DNA of 63,450 bases, the filler included, from Choristocarpus tenellus KU-1152 (lineage: Eukaryota; Protista; Phaeophyceae): assembly GCA_964200185.2 (NCBI GenBank). It is 10 parts of 10 records of this genome, joined end to end, with 100 filler letters (N's around TTAATTAATTAA, not from the genome) between each part and the next. Parts side by side here need not be neighbours in the genome. Positions count along the whole stretch, not along the records: positions 32,291 to 39,498 come from CAXNAD020006531.1; positions 39,599 to 45,066 come from CAXNAD020010691.1; positions 45,167 to 51,462 come from CAXNAD020008457.1; 7 more parts are not named here. One strand, 5' to 3'. The notes beneath the pieces were generated by a model. It searched no databases. It was not told the DNA's origin and worked only from the letters and a program-made list of their open reading frames with translations. The translations under genes and the position numbers were made by a program. This document shows, in pieces, positions 32,922 to 45,239 of the stretch; the stretch's first letter is position 1, and the number at the start of each line of letters is the position of its first letter.

Positions 32922-35900
32922 CCGCCGTGGTCTCCTTGGGAGGTGTTATCATGGGACTCTATGCTCACGTTCAGAAAAACGTAATGACTGACCCGGAGTG
33001 TGTATCACCAGAGCTGGGCACACCTAAGGGCAAGACAGCGACGTCCATGTCCCTCAAGGTTATGGTGTTGGGGTCAGATAGAGAGAACAAAAGAATGGAA
33101 AATGAGTTGTTGGGAGTGTATCACTGAAGAAAAAAATATATGGCAGTGTTCTGAGGTTTGTCTGTATACTGATGGTATGGTATACATTGTGGGCATCCTG
33201 ATACCCATGTTTGCAACATTCTCCCCAAAGACAGAGCCATTGATCCCTAGGTCCTTGAACATTACCTCCCCCTGTTCCTCCAATGTGGGCATCCCCGAGA
33301 TTGTTAGCACTGAGTCATCCGTGGTCCTTACCATAACGCCTTGCTGATTTGTTGTAAATCTCTTCTTGTGTTCATTGACAGGGGAATGTCATCTCAGTAG
33401 TCTTTTTTTAATCCTGAGAAACTATTCCTGTGTGTTAAAAAAATAACCCCAATAAATAACTGGCTCTATTTTCACTGCATCTGAGCAGGGTAGAGCTATC
33501 TATTGCTTGATACATGAGTACACTACTATTCTGTGTGCATGCATGTATATAGATTTATCTTATTTCTGTTATTGGCAGGCGGTGTATTACGGTCAAGGTG
33601 TTTTACTCTCTGAAGTGAGTGGAAAAAGTTACACGAATTTTTTTCTTTTAATTCGTCTTTTTTAACTTTTTTTATTCCAGGAAAGCATCAGGTATCTAGC
33701 GGCCTCTCCATACATCCGAAACCTGGCTGTATTGGTCATCGCCTACGGAATGAGCATCAACATTGTGGAGGTAATGAGCATCATCCTATCGTGTCATTGG
33801 CATGAATGCAGAGCAGGAGATTCATCATCTGGAGGGGTTCTTGTAATGAAAATTGAGATAGTTTTGTGAGAAAGTGCTATTTTTTAGTGAAGTCTGTATG
33901 TGGATAGAAGAGGGTGAGTTGCACCTCTTCTTTTTGGTCGGTAGCATAAGTAGTACCTCTTTTCGGCATGGTGTCGTTTTTATGTGAGTGCGTTTTTTTT
34001 ATTGTATTGTATTGTATTGTGTTTTGAGTAGAATATGTAGGCCTTAGTGACTGCTTTTTGCCTGATTTTTTTTGTTAAATACGGAAACAGCTTCTTGTGT
34101 TGAAAAAATATATGTACATCTTATTCCTTTGCTTGAAGTTGTTGAATTAGTTAGAATAGTAGGGGTCGGTTGTCGGGTCAAGTGTGGGTAGCATCTTTTA
34201 ACTTGTATGTGTATAGTGGTGTGAAATACTTGGTGCAGAGTGCCTTGACTAGATGAGATTCATTTGTGCTTGTGCAGGTGACATGGAAGGGCAAGCTCAA
34301 GGCAGCGTTCTCAGACCCCAATGCCTATTCCGCATTTATGGTGAGAATCAGTGGGGGAGGGGGGGGTTATGTAGGGCTTCCGCAGTAGGTACTATTATAT
34401 TATTATTAGGGTGCATTATTTTCAAGTAAATTAAAAAAATAACTGTTGGTATGTGTGAAAATATTAGTACTGTTGAGGTAAATGCATAGTACCATACCTC
34501 GGTAGCGATTTCCAAGTGGGTGATAGGTCGAGAAATTCTAGATTTGTTGACTGCCGGCCTATCACCAGCCTGTGAATCTGATAGTACGTTTAATTAAGAT
34601 GTCTTTATGGTGAAAAGATATGTTCTGCTGTAAGTAATGTGTGTGTATTGATAGTGTGGTATGTTACCGTTTAATGTTCATGTATGGAATTAGTCTGTTT
34701 TGTGTTGGGAACTACTGTGAGTGTGTATGGTGAAAAGATTTAGTGATCAGTTCAAGGATTTTTTTTTTTAATGGGTTCGTTGTTAGGCTAGCTACCCTGG
34801 TGAGTCAGTGGTGTACCCCCAATGTCTGGCCTGACTACTGATGTCTTTCTTAGTACATTTGGAGGCGGTGTACTTGAATTTGAGGAGCATTTTTACCCAT
34901 TTTGAAGAGTAAGGGAATGTGAATATTCTAGAACTAGAGCCGTTGTTCTTCAACTTAACCTTGCACCACACTCTGATCAGAAGTTTTGTGTTTATGTCTG
35001 TTTTTTGTGTTCCCCACAGGGATGTAGTACCCGATTCCATGTGGGCTAACCCTAATCCTAGCTTTTTGTGGAGTCTTTGTTCTTACTTGGGGTAGTGTTT
35101 TCACTATTGTGTATAGTGTATAGTCGTGATTGAAGATGCTGTCTCCGTCTCTTCTGTCTGGGTTGTCCTTGTCTGCAGGTATCATATCATACCCTTTTTT
35201 TACAGCTTGGTGCGAGTGATTCTCCAGTACCTTAATTTGTCGATTTTTATTTTCTTTTGTGTGTGTGTGTTTATCATGCACTGTGTTTTCTGGGGTTTTG
35301 TGGATGATTCGACACATTGCGTTGGTTTTTATATGTTGGTAACAGGCGATGTTTTGTTGCCTTGTCCCTTTCCCCCCCTCCCCCCCCCCCCACACAAACA
35401 CAACATACTTTCTAAATCTATACTACTACAGGGCAATTTCTCTTCTGCTACAGGCAGTGTGACGCTAGTCATGATGATCCTGGGTCGTTTCATCTTCCAG
35501 AAGTTTGGTTGGGGAGTGGCTGCACTGGTGACCCCCACAGTGCTAGCCCTCACAGGTGCTGGGTTCTTCAGTCTCATTCTGTTCAGTGACTTCTTTGCGC
35601 CCATCTTGTCCAACCTGGGAACAACTCCACTCAAGGCAGCAGTGCTTATTGGGGCACTACAGGTGGGAGAGGGATGCAAGGTCAAAGCGATTTTTTGTTA
35701 TGGTGTTGAGGTTGGAATGGAAAAAGGTATTGGTGTAAGTGGTTGGTGGTGAAAGAGAAGGCATTGGTGGGCTGGTTCGAGGCAGTTAAAGTTTGTTTTT
35801 TTTTAGTTGCGATGATTATAATATGATGTGCAAATTGTGGTGTCAATTTGAACTTGGTCTGTTTTCACGCCTCCTTATTACTTGGTGAGTTGTTGGGTAT

Positions 35901-37720
35901 TGAGATAGCTGAGAAGAGGGTCGGGTTGTCTTGTGCGATCACTTCTCCGTTTTTGGAGGTATATTCCCATCAAGGAGAGATCTTTCAGTCAGTGTCAGTG
36001 GGATGCTTTGTTAAGTCGCCTTGGGAATAGGTACAATTTGAAACAGTTTTGTAGAGGTTATTTCTTTATATATAGTATTTACTTGGGCTCTTCAGTGCTC
36101 AAGATGCTAAAAAAAAAATGTTTTGGTTATTGTCTTGCTTAAGAAGCCATTATGAGGGTTACACTGAAATCTAAGAGATCTTTGACTTTTATCTAGTTAT
36201 TTTACGGTGCTTCCTTTGGACCGTCAATATACGCCTTCCCGGTGCACTAGAAAACCTCTGCAAAGTGTTGGAGCTGATGGTGAACTGAGGGTGTGATTAT
36301 TTTTTATTTTGTGGTGGTATCTGAGAATCCATACACATCCACACACATACATACATACATACATACAAATAAATAAATACAGAAATTATGGTGAAATATG
36401 GATATGAAATAAACTGGGTCTTTGCTGGACTATAATGGAGGCACATGATGGAGTAGACTTGGTAAATCTAGCCATCAGTAGTTGCCATATGTTGGCGGAA
36501 AAAAAAATAAGATACCTACCCTTTTCCATGAACTTTGACCCTCTGACCCGTTCACTTTTTTATCATGCTGTTGATCCTTATCCCATCCTCTGAACTTTGA
36601 ACACTCATCACGTGTTTCTTCAGTTGCTCCTCAGTACATGAGATTTAAGGCATTTTATTTACACTGGGCTCTGCACTAGTTAGTCCTGGAAGTTTCCAAC
36701 ATCCACACACAAAAAGTAGTGATAGATTACTCTCTAAACACATATATTGTCTTATCATTTGTGGGGTGGAGGCGTGTGATGTTACTGTGCTAGCTGCTAA
36801 GGGTAGAACCTTTAGGCATGCACTGTCAACAGCGATCTCCATGGCCATCACATGAGCCTTCCTCAAGTGGTTTCTTACTTCATCCATCAACCCGTGCCCC
36901 TCCTCCTGTCTCTTGATCTTGGTTTTGGTATTGATTTGTGTAACGCAATTGCGGCCTGTTACAGAACATCCTGTCAAAGAGCTCCAAGTACTCGCTGTTC
37001 GACCCATGCAAGGAAATGGCGTACATCAACCTTGATGCAGAACAGAAGACAAAAGGAAAGGCCGCCGTCGATGTTATTGGAAACCCCCTCGGCAAGTCTG
37101 GAGGGTCCTTCATCCAGCAGGTGAGGCAATGGGGTATGATGAAGTTCAGTTGTGTTGGGTGAGGGGGTCTGTTGTAGATGTAGGAGTGGATCAAAACATG
37201 TTTTTGTTTCTGTTGATTGTCCCGAGGTCGATTGATTCGATCTTCTCAGCGTGTTACCCTATAAGCAAGATTGATTCTATAGTGTGAAATCATTTGCATG
37301 TACTGTGTAATCTGGTCCTGATGTATTAGTTTATTAGGACTTTGTGAAACAAAACAAAAAATACTTCTTGTGTGGAAATGTTCCTTTCACCCCCCTCTCC
37401 CACTAGCTCTAATCCCAGTTGTGCTTGTGATGTTACCCTCTGTTCCATCATTTTTGTGCAATATGGAACTTGGCTTGGGTCTGGACATGGATATGGACTC
37501 AATCCCACAGATCCTGATTGTGTCTCTGGGCTCCCTTGCAGCCTCAACACCATATTTGGCAGCTATCCTAATGGGCATCATTGCCCTGTGGATCTCTAGT
37601 GCCAATTCACTTGGTGGGATGATACGTAAGTTTGAAACAGATGACAATGCCACTGCTGAGGCATTGGGGACTCTGGCTACAGACTCCACCGCACCAGCTG
37701 GAACAACAACCTCTCAATGA
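32922..37720 (+). CDS. NTT: ATP/ADP (nucleotide) transporter, TLC/NTT family, plastid-type, 5'-partial; exons 32922-33058, 33681-33770, 34278-34340, 35432-35662, 36965-37120, 37511-37720
   Basis: The spliced product contains [30 protein letters not shown]|[10 protein letters not shown]|[16 protein letters not shown]|[47 protein letters not shown], the NTT signature motifs. The stop ends at 37720. Confidence 0.95.
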
Positions 37721-39340
37721 TGATAACATCGAATTTTTGAGATAGTTATTACTCATCTATTTTGTTCATTAAGTCAGTAAGGTTGTTGAGGGATATGAGG
37801 TTCTAGAATGATTTTGCTTTTTGTCTTTGGGAAGGGGAATTATAATTGTTCCTCCTTGATTAGTTGGTGCTTTCTCAGGATCTGTCTCTTTGAGAAAAAA
37901 AATGATACATATTTTTGTTCAAGGCGGGAGGAAGTCAGATTCATCAAAAGGCATCAAGAAATATCTACACTTTCAACAGGCTAATCTCATGTTCATCTCA
38001 GAACTTCTGTATCTATCGTCAAGGATGGATCTTACTGAGAAACCTCACATAATCAGGTCTTGACCTGCCAGTACAATGTTCACATGCTCTGCATTACCTC
38101 TAGTTGTGGGATTTGGGCACAGAATTTCTCTAGTTAGTTGAAATCAACTAAATGCTGCTGTGGTTGACAAAGTGTACAGTATCAGTGTCCTGCATCTGCA
38201 AATGAAAAGCCCACCGCAAACGATCCAGGGTTTTGTTCATTTTTCGATTTATTGGATACAACCATGTGTAGCTAACTATTGTTTGGAATTGACTCGGGGT
38301 TAGTCAGTATCGTTGAGAGGGGAAGGTTTATTCCGGTGGTGAGACATATTTTGGTTTCATGGCAGAGAGAGGTAGGTGTTTTGTGAATAGGAAGAATGAG
38401 GAAGAACAAAAAGCATTTGTGCAAGGCTCTTACTGAGCGAGATGCTTCAACATCATTAGAGGTCACAGCAGCACATGCTTTCCTTGCTTAGTTGTTGTGT
38501 AGGCAGGGAAGGGAGTTCATTGCATTTCTAGTGCATTGAGGTAGTGACTGGGATACACTTTCTTGTTTCATTACTCATAGAAGAGGGCAGGGCTCAAAAA
38601 AGTTTGTTCATCGAACAGGGGTGAGTTTACAGGTTGATTGGATGTACGGAAAAATGCAACAATAAACCTCCTCGGCCAACAAGAACTCCTTTAGAAGAAG
38701 CACCGATCTGGGACGTTGTGGTATTACTGGTTTTCAGCTGCCATCTTTGCTCCTTGAACACGTATCACAATATTGCTACTTTACCTTGCTGTTTAATGAT
38801 CTGGTGCTCTAGCATCATGTGGAGTGTGTCAATGCGGTAGATTCTCTTCCATGCCTCAGGTTACAATCACTGCCTTTTTTTATGGTCTTGCTGTTTGTCA
38901 TCTGTGCCTGTCCCTCGCCATGCCCTTGCTCTTCATAATACGTACTAAACAGTAACTTTTTTGTTTCTCAGTGCGATTTGGTCACAGAGGGAGAACCCCT
39001 GGTCAATGATATGAGAAGGAGAGTCTGGTAGATACGAAGGACAAAATGCGTGCATCCAGCTAAGGGTTGTAAAAAGTGATGAATGAATATACCTACCTAG
39101 GTTGGTGAGTAATAATGAACATAAGTGATAGCTCTTACGCTCCTTCAAACTTTTCTTATCATTGTTGTATCATAATTCACACTAGGTGCCAGAAGTAGGT
39201 GTAGGAGATATGAGAAGAGTTAGAACGCTGATGTGAAGGCATCACAATGAAGTACGTTCCATACATACATACTATGATGCATGAGAATTAAGAAAATAAC
39301 TAGGAAAGACATAATAAGGAGAGTGAGTGGCGTGTAACAT

Positions 39341-39498
39341 GTCTATTAGACATATTGTACCCTTGTCTATTTATTAGACATATTGTACCCTTGTCTATTT
39401 ATTAGACATATTGTACCCTTGTCTATTTATTAGACATATTGTACCCTTGTCTATTTATTAGACATATTGTACCCTTGTCTATTTATTAGACGTATTGT
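39341..39498. repeat. 28-bp minisatellite (ATTAGACATATTGTACCCTTGTCTATTT) x>5 running into the contig end
   Basis: Near-perfect copies are directly visible. Confidence 0.95.
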
Positions 39499-39598
39499 NN
39501 NNNNNNNNNNNNNNNNNNNNNNNNNNNNNNNNNNNNNNNNNNTTAATTAATTAANNNNNNNNNNNNNNNNNNNNNNNNNNNNNNNNNNNNNNNNNNNN

Positions 39599-39703
39599 CT
39601 CCGAAACATTTTGGAGTAGGAAAATGTCATAAAAAACCCCAGGGAAGCCAAGCCCCAAATGGACAAACAGGGAAAACTTGTACCCTCTAAGATACTTTCA
39701 CTC
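39599..39703 (+). mobile_element. MITE subfamily A, right half (cut by contig edge)
   Basis: GGGAAGCCAAGCCCCAAATGGACAAACAGG..TACCCTCTAAGATACTTTCACTC. Confidence 0.85.
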
Positions 39704-40063
39704 TCCAATCCCTCAACAATGTGTTAGTTCCCTTTCACCAGTAATATTCTGTTTTGTATTATATAGTGGTATGGATGAAAAATGGGCAGAATCATCTACC
39801 GTACTGAGTCTAACTCACCAACTGTAGTAATGCATGCACACTATGTGCAACAAAAAAACATGAACTCCTTCAGAATAAGTACTAAATTGCCAACCTATAA
39901 GTAGTTCCTCACACTTGTTACTCCTTTTTGAGTCAAAATTCGTATCCAGCATGTTAAAGCAACCATGCTTCCCAGGACAACATAAGCCTCAGTTTACTGA
40001 TATATTCCGGAGCTCCTCAAATTGACTGAGTGTACAACAAATATGTTGTGCAAGGACAAGCAC

Positions 40064-40843
40064 CTGTCTCTGAGTTGTAGTAGTAGGTTCTGCCGTCATT
40101 ATCTGTTGTGGCCGCCCAACCAAGGGTGTCCCCATCGAGTGCCCTCCGCATCATATTCAGCTCAGCCTCCATGGATTCTAAAGACGATTCTGCGCCCTTG
40201 TTGACTGGTTTCACCTTGACTGAAGCACTTCTCAGGAGTGCCTGATAAAAAAGGTTTAGCAAGAATGTACCTGAGTCTGCTTCCCTAAAGAGAAGAAGAA
40301 CAGACTTTCGAGTTTTAAACATTTCGTATCATTGTAGGGCTTGACTTTTGCCACGTTGATGCGTGCAAGACATCGAAGTTGAAGAGCAGACGTTATTCAC
40401 CACGAACAGAATGGAGCTTATGACTTCAGTTCCCCATGCCACACTGAAGCACTCAGTCGTTACTGCAGCTGTAGACACTCAGCACTCGCAGTTTGAAATC
40501 CTGAAGTACGGTGTCTTCCCCTACCTACTAAGCTTGCTTTACAGTCAAAGCTACGCCAACTAATCACCAATTTTTGGTAGTTTCTCCATGATAAAGCCAC
40601 AATTTGACACTAACACTACAGAACTGAGTCGTATGATTAATATATGAAGGTCCTCAAAAAGCAATCTCCTCCCTGAGTGATGCACGGTCTCCAAAGTCTG
40701 ACCTCCTTCTCTTGATTGAAGAGCTTTTCTTGATCCGCGAGTCTTGCCTCCCACACATCGTTCAGCTTATCTTTCTCGACTCTAACCTGAATCAACTCTT
40801 TTTGCAACTCTTCAATTTCTAATCTTAGTCCATCGCCCTCCAT
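40064..40843 (-). CDS. Coiled-coil plus WW-domain protein, 3'-partial; exons 40843-40703, 40241-40064
   Basis: Heptad-rich MEGDGLRLEIEELQKELIQVRVEKDKL.. is followed after a phase-0 intron by GWAATTDNDGRTYYYNSETG, the first two strands of a WW domain. The region is CpG-rich with canonical splice sites. Confidence 0.7.
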
Positions 40844-41052
40844 TGCGTCCTTGAACCCTCGGTACGAGTTAAGAGATCTACTAATCAATTCTCAGTTTGT
40901 TGTGTGGTGAGATTTTTTGTGAAGTATTGTAACTGTTAGTTGTTTGCTGTTAACGGCTCTGCTGTGACGTTGAATCATACAACTCAGTCAACTTAATCTC
41001 TGTTGAATCATCTAATCACCTAGAAGCTATAACGAGAAATTCCCCGAAGACA
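40844..41052. promoter_or_regulatory. Compact bidirectional promoter between the WW gene and the NEET gene
   Basis: Only 209 bp separate the divergent ATGs. Confidence 0.6.
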
Positions 41053-41613
41053 ATGATGAAGTCCATCCTCGCGCTTGCGATAACCGCAGCAGCATCGCAC
41101 GCATTCGTGCTGCAGAGTCCGCCATCCTTGGTGGCCACAAGTCGTTCTGCTGAAAGGATAAACACCATGCATGACCTTGAGAGTCCCAAGGTGTGTTGGT
41201 CGCCCTCATTCCCAAGAGCGCCTCACTGGTGCCTTTTATTCTGACAAGAATATCTTATACTCTCCATTCCCTTGCATTCCTGATATTAGCAGCAAATAAT
41301 GCGCCGCAGCAATTGAGACCTCTTCGCCTTACAATTTTGTCCGAATTTCTCTTTCGCAACCCCCATAGTGCCGCTCATGATCGGCTGCGAGCTTTGCTCT
41401 GCTTGCAACGACCGAACGAACTGCAATCCGAATGTCGTTATGCACCCTTTGCAGGTTGCGACGATGGACGCTGTTGATGCTGGCGAGAAAAAGGTGTACT
41501 GCCGGTGCTGGAAGTCTGACACGTTCCCTCTATGCGATGGCAACCACGTCAAACACAATAAGGAGACAGGGGACAATGTGGGTCCCTTGATTGTCTCTGG
41601 CCCTAAGCCCTAG
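41053..41613 (+). CDS. CISD: Plastid-targeted CDGSH iron-sulfur (NEET) protein, complete, 98 aa; exons 41053-41190, 41455-41613
   Basis: Signal peptide [19 protein letters not shown] (ASAF-type cleavage motif), then RIN..DLESPK|[37 protein letters not shown], which carries the 3Cys-1His 2Fe-2S motif and the NEET-type C-terminus. Confidence 0.93.
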
Positions 41614-42809
41614 GCAATTCTTCTAGCCCCAATTGCTATACTGCCTCATTACAAGGACTTGGCATCGGTTTGCAATGACACTTTAGATTACGATAGCTTT
41701 TCTTTTGGAACCCTAATGCAAGAGGTGTACAGCAGTCCTATGGTTTACCAGTGGTGGCCTTCATAGAGAATGCCCATGAGTTATTTCTTTTAGTCTGTTG
41801 GTGATTTTTTTGCCCTGTGGCGGAGGATTTTGTTGGATTATGATCTTGGAGTCAAGGAACAATTAGTCGTGTGAGGTGCGTGTGCCCTGAACCAATGACA
41901 AGGCAGGAGGAGTCTGAGAGAGTCGGCCTGGCCCTTAAACAGCTTCGGCATCTTCGGCTAAACCCCTACAGTTGCAACTGCGCAACAGTAGGCACTACAG
42001 GAGACGAGGATCTCCATCCAGTATGCACTTAACAATACGTAGATTATCAATACAACAGATCCATGAGACAATTTTGTGATGTGTTGGTTGCAGATGGTGA
42101 TATTTCGCCTTCGCTGTTGCAAGGTGTGCGGTACTGCAAAAGTTGACAGCTAAATAACAATAAATGTCTACACCAACCCTAATGCAATAGACGTCATGGC
42201 AATGCTTCCAAAAACATAATCACTTCAAGCTCTCACTCACCCACACACCTCATAATCTGTCCTCTCTATCTTCTGTACATAGATGGTATTCCTTAATTGA
42301 ACATTTTGACACCTATTTCCATGTGCATGATCTGAAAGAGAATGCCTTATCTATCGAGAACAATGCCAGGTGCATAGAAGATCATCGTCTCAACATTGAA
42401 ACCTTGTTGAATGTACCACCCAACGAATTCGTGTTTGAGGTGAATATCTCTAATCTCCAAAATAAAACTCCTTTGCAACTCTTCCCAGAAAGTTTGCTTT
42501 GTCATGGGGGTGAATCAATTTGAGGGTCCAATGGGTTGTGGGAACGGTCATTTTCAAGTCAAACCAAGTAAGTATATGAAGTTGATATTCAATCACTTAA
42601 CCATGACTACCAGTAAACTGACTTTTAGAGGCACTCTTCTTGGTCCCCTCTGGGAGAACTGTAGATATGAAAGTTCTCACTTGACCAGATACAACAGAAT
42701 GGCTGAGGACAAAATGAGACAATGGTGAGGATCAACAGGCGTTGGAATCTACGGAAGCACCTAGACTTGGAGATGAGTTGGTAGTACTGGAAAATATAAG
42801 AGTTGATCA

Positions 42810-43739
42810 TATTATTGTTATACCCTCTGACATTCTGCGGATGTGTCAGGGAAAAGCCAAATCATTTTCACACAAACCACTCTAAAAGTAACAATTTTCG
42901 TAAGTGTGAAAGAGATCTCTATAATATATTTCCTATTTGAACACCAGCTATACCACAACACTCCCTTAAAGGTTGGTAATTATAATGTTATGTGTACACT
43001 GCTGCTATGGCGCTAACACAACTTAGCCCTACACAAGTGGATGAGGACCTAGGGAAGCATCCCAAGAATCTGACAGGCCCTTTCTTGCCCATCTGCCTGG
43101 TCTCTCTAGCTTAACTTGCATGACACATCTAGAGAGAGCCATTTGTGTGGTAACAGACACTATTTGTCATAAGCAGGATCTGACAGCCTTTTCCTTCTAT
43201 AACCTCCTGCACCTCTCCACCCCACTGCATGTGTAACCAACTCATCTAGAAAATGTTCTGATTGCTTACTGAGGCACCCAAGAATCTCCACCACAAAAAT
43301 ATTGAGTTTAAAGCTATGAGGGTCAAAAGAACTCTCGGAGTGGGTGCACCTTTGTGGCTCAGCTGCAGCAGTAGCTACACCATCGCTGGTGGATGAGTGT
43401 GACAGATGGGATGCTGCTTTCACTTCTCCAAACATAATATCCAGGAGGAGGCATTTGTCGTGGTAGGGAACTGATCCAGTGTCCGCAAGTGCCCCAGCAT
43501 GGAAGACCACATTAATGTGGAAATCCCTGTCCACTGTGAATAGGTTACCGTCCTCCATTATGCAAGGGGCCCTCATTCCCTTGCAGAGTTGATCTAGACG
43601 CTTAACCTTCAGCATGTGCTGGCGTACCTGTCCACGTACCCTAGGGCAAGTACAAGCATGTTGGGTATCGACATGATGCCTCCAGCACCCAGCCACTGGG
43701 CACCTGTTGGATAGAGCGTCCTCAATATGAGGGGGACTC
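42810..43739 (-). mobile_element. 5'-truncated non-LTR retrotransposon, CRE-like (restriction-like endonuclease type), decayed
   Basis: The minus-strand ORF shows a CCHC knuckle (CPVAGC..HACTC), R.H, LLLDI, AAAE.QR, FDP.SF.L..F.VE..G.L and FLDEL, the C-terminal RLE layout of CRE/NeSL-type LINEs. A 3' UTR and an AAT-type tail follow. Confidence 0.72.
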
Positions 43740-44442
43740 TGTGGAAAGCAGGGTTGTCTGTTATCACACCGTTATTGCTGTATGCCATATACCGTTATAC
43801 CAATAAGCCAATGTCGAGGAGAGGTATCCAGGGTCTGACAGTTTTTCATTTCAAGTCTGTTTATTAATCTTTTGCAATTTACCCATATTTTTACGGGTGA
43901 AGTTTCAAGTTTGACTTGAGAGCGTTTATTTCTCCATTGATCGAAAATTTTCCAATACAGCTCAGAAAAAGTCTTCCACACATTTGTAAAAAAGCTGATT
44001 TTTGCATATATTTTCCATCCCTAAATTGCAACTCTGGTTACCTCTTTTTTACTTTGATTCATTGACGTCCCTGATTCCAGTGGAGGATCTTTTGTGAGAT
44101 TGAGGTATGAAATATTCTCAAGAGACCAATCTTACAAGTAGTAAATACTCTTCAACCAGATGTTTCACACATCAAATCATCTCTATCCTGCTTTGTATAC
44201 AATATTTTGTTCCACAAAGCTTCTCTTTGTTATTTAATTTTGGCATTCTGATGATCCCCCTCTCATGAGATTTTCATCAACCTACAGTTTCTACAATTCC
44301 CTGCGTCTTTGCACTTGTCCAACCTTAACCTTGCACTCTCAGTTGCGGTTTGTCTTGGTCCATCTGGTCCGTCTTTCCCATTAATTCTCTTCACCACCCT
44401 TGCCTGAGTGAACCGCATCACCACAGCATCATATGATTCACA
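43740..44442 (+). mobile_element. Solo LTR (Gypsy family) with nested MITE
   Basis: TGTGGAAAGC ... GATTCACA (TG..CA ends), with 4-bp TSD ACTC/ATTC. Homologous to the LTRs at 45240 and 49764. Confidence 0.85.
43805..44060. mobile_element. MITE subfamily D nested in a solo LTR
   Basis: Homologous to 60307-60583, ending ..GGTTACCTCTTTTTTACTTTGATTC. It interrupts the LTR motif ATACCGATTGA, with flanks AAT/ATT. Confidence 0.75.
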
Positions 44443-45239
44443 ATTCTCTGTGAAGAGATATAGAAAGAGGGTGGACCGACAGGAGGTAAGATGTCAGGTA
44501 ACTGGTACTTAGGGTTACCCTTAACTGCCTACTACTGAACTGATACCTTTTGTCGATATACTGTGAAAACACCACCACACCATTAGCGCCTTGTACCTCC
44601 TGAAATTTACAGGGCTACAGTTCGCAGGTTTACGATGTTGTGTGAATATTCGTCTTGGTGTAGTGGACCGCATCACAAAGTCAATATAGAAATATGACAT
44701 ATGTGTAAGGGTTTTCCAAAATTATGAAGAAGGCATTCCCAGCAGTTAAAGCAAAACAATCTTACCTGCCCACAGAGCAGTCGGGAATCTCAACCATGAC
44801 CCACCACCTGACGCCTTTGGACAGAAGGAAAGGACAGAGTCAATTTGTTTGGAAGGACTTGGGGGGCAGATTCAAGGACAAATCCTGACCAATATTTCTA
44901 CTGAAGTGATTGACCGAATCTAGGAACAAACCAATGCCGCTCTTCCCATTGGTTGGGTTTGCTTGGATGACCAGAGAGAGAGGAGGGGGAAGAATGTACT
45001 CGCAGAGGGGGGTTGCAGGAGCGTCATGCTACAGGCGATATGTCTTGATGGCGGTTTCATAAACACNNNNNNNNNNNNNNNNNNNNNNNNNNNNNNNNNN
45101 NNNNNNNNNNTTAATTAATTAANNNNNNNNNNNNNNNNNNNNNNNNNNNNNNNNNNNNNNNNNNNNCCTTGCCTGTCTCGTGTGACGTCGTCGCCTTCCT
45201 CCATCACCTCCACAACCCCATCCCCTCCTCATAGCCTAT

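Noticed and set aside
40486-40510. Possible micro-exon (DFKLR) in the WW gene intron
   Set aside because: The acceptor looks fair but the donor is weak, and the flanking exons already join in frame without it.
32922-41613. NTT and NEET as a plastid-function gene cluster
   Set aside because: They are separated by an artificial spacer, so there is no evidence of linkage.
44735-44825. Possible tRNA-derived SINE head on the minus strand
   Set aside because: Only a degenerate B-box-like string, with no second copy in the window.
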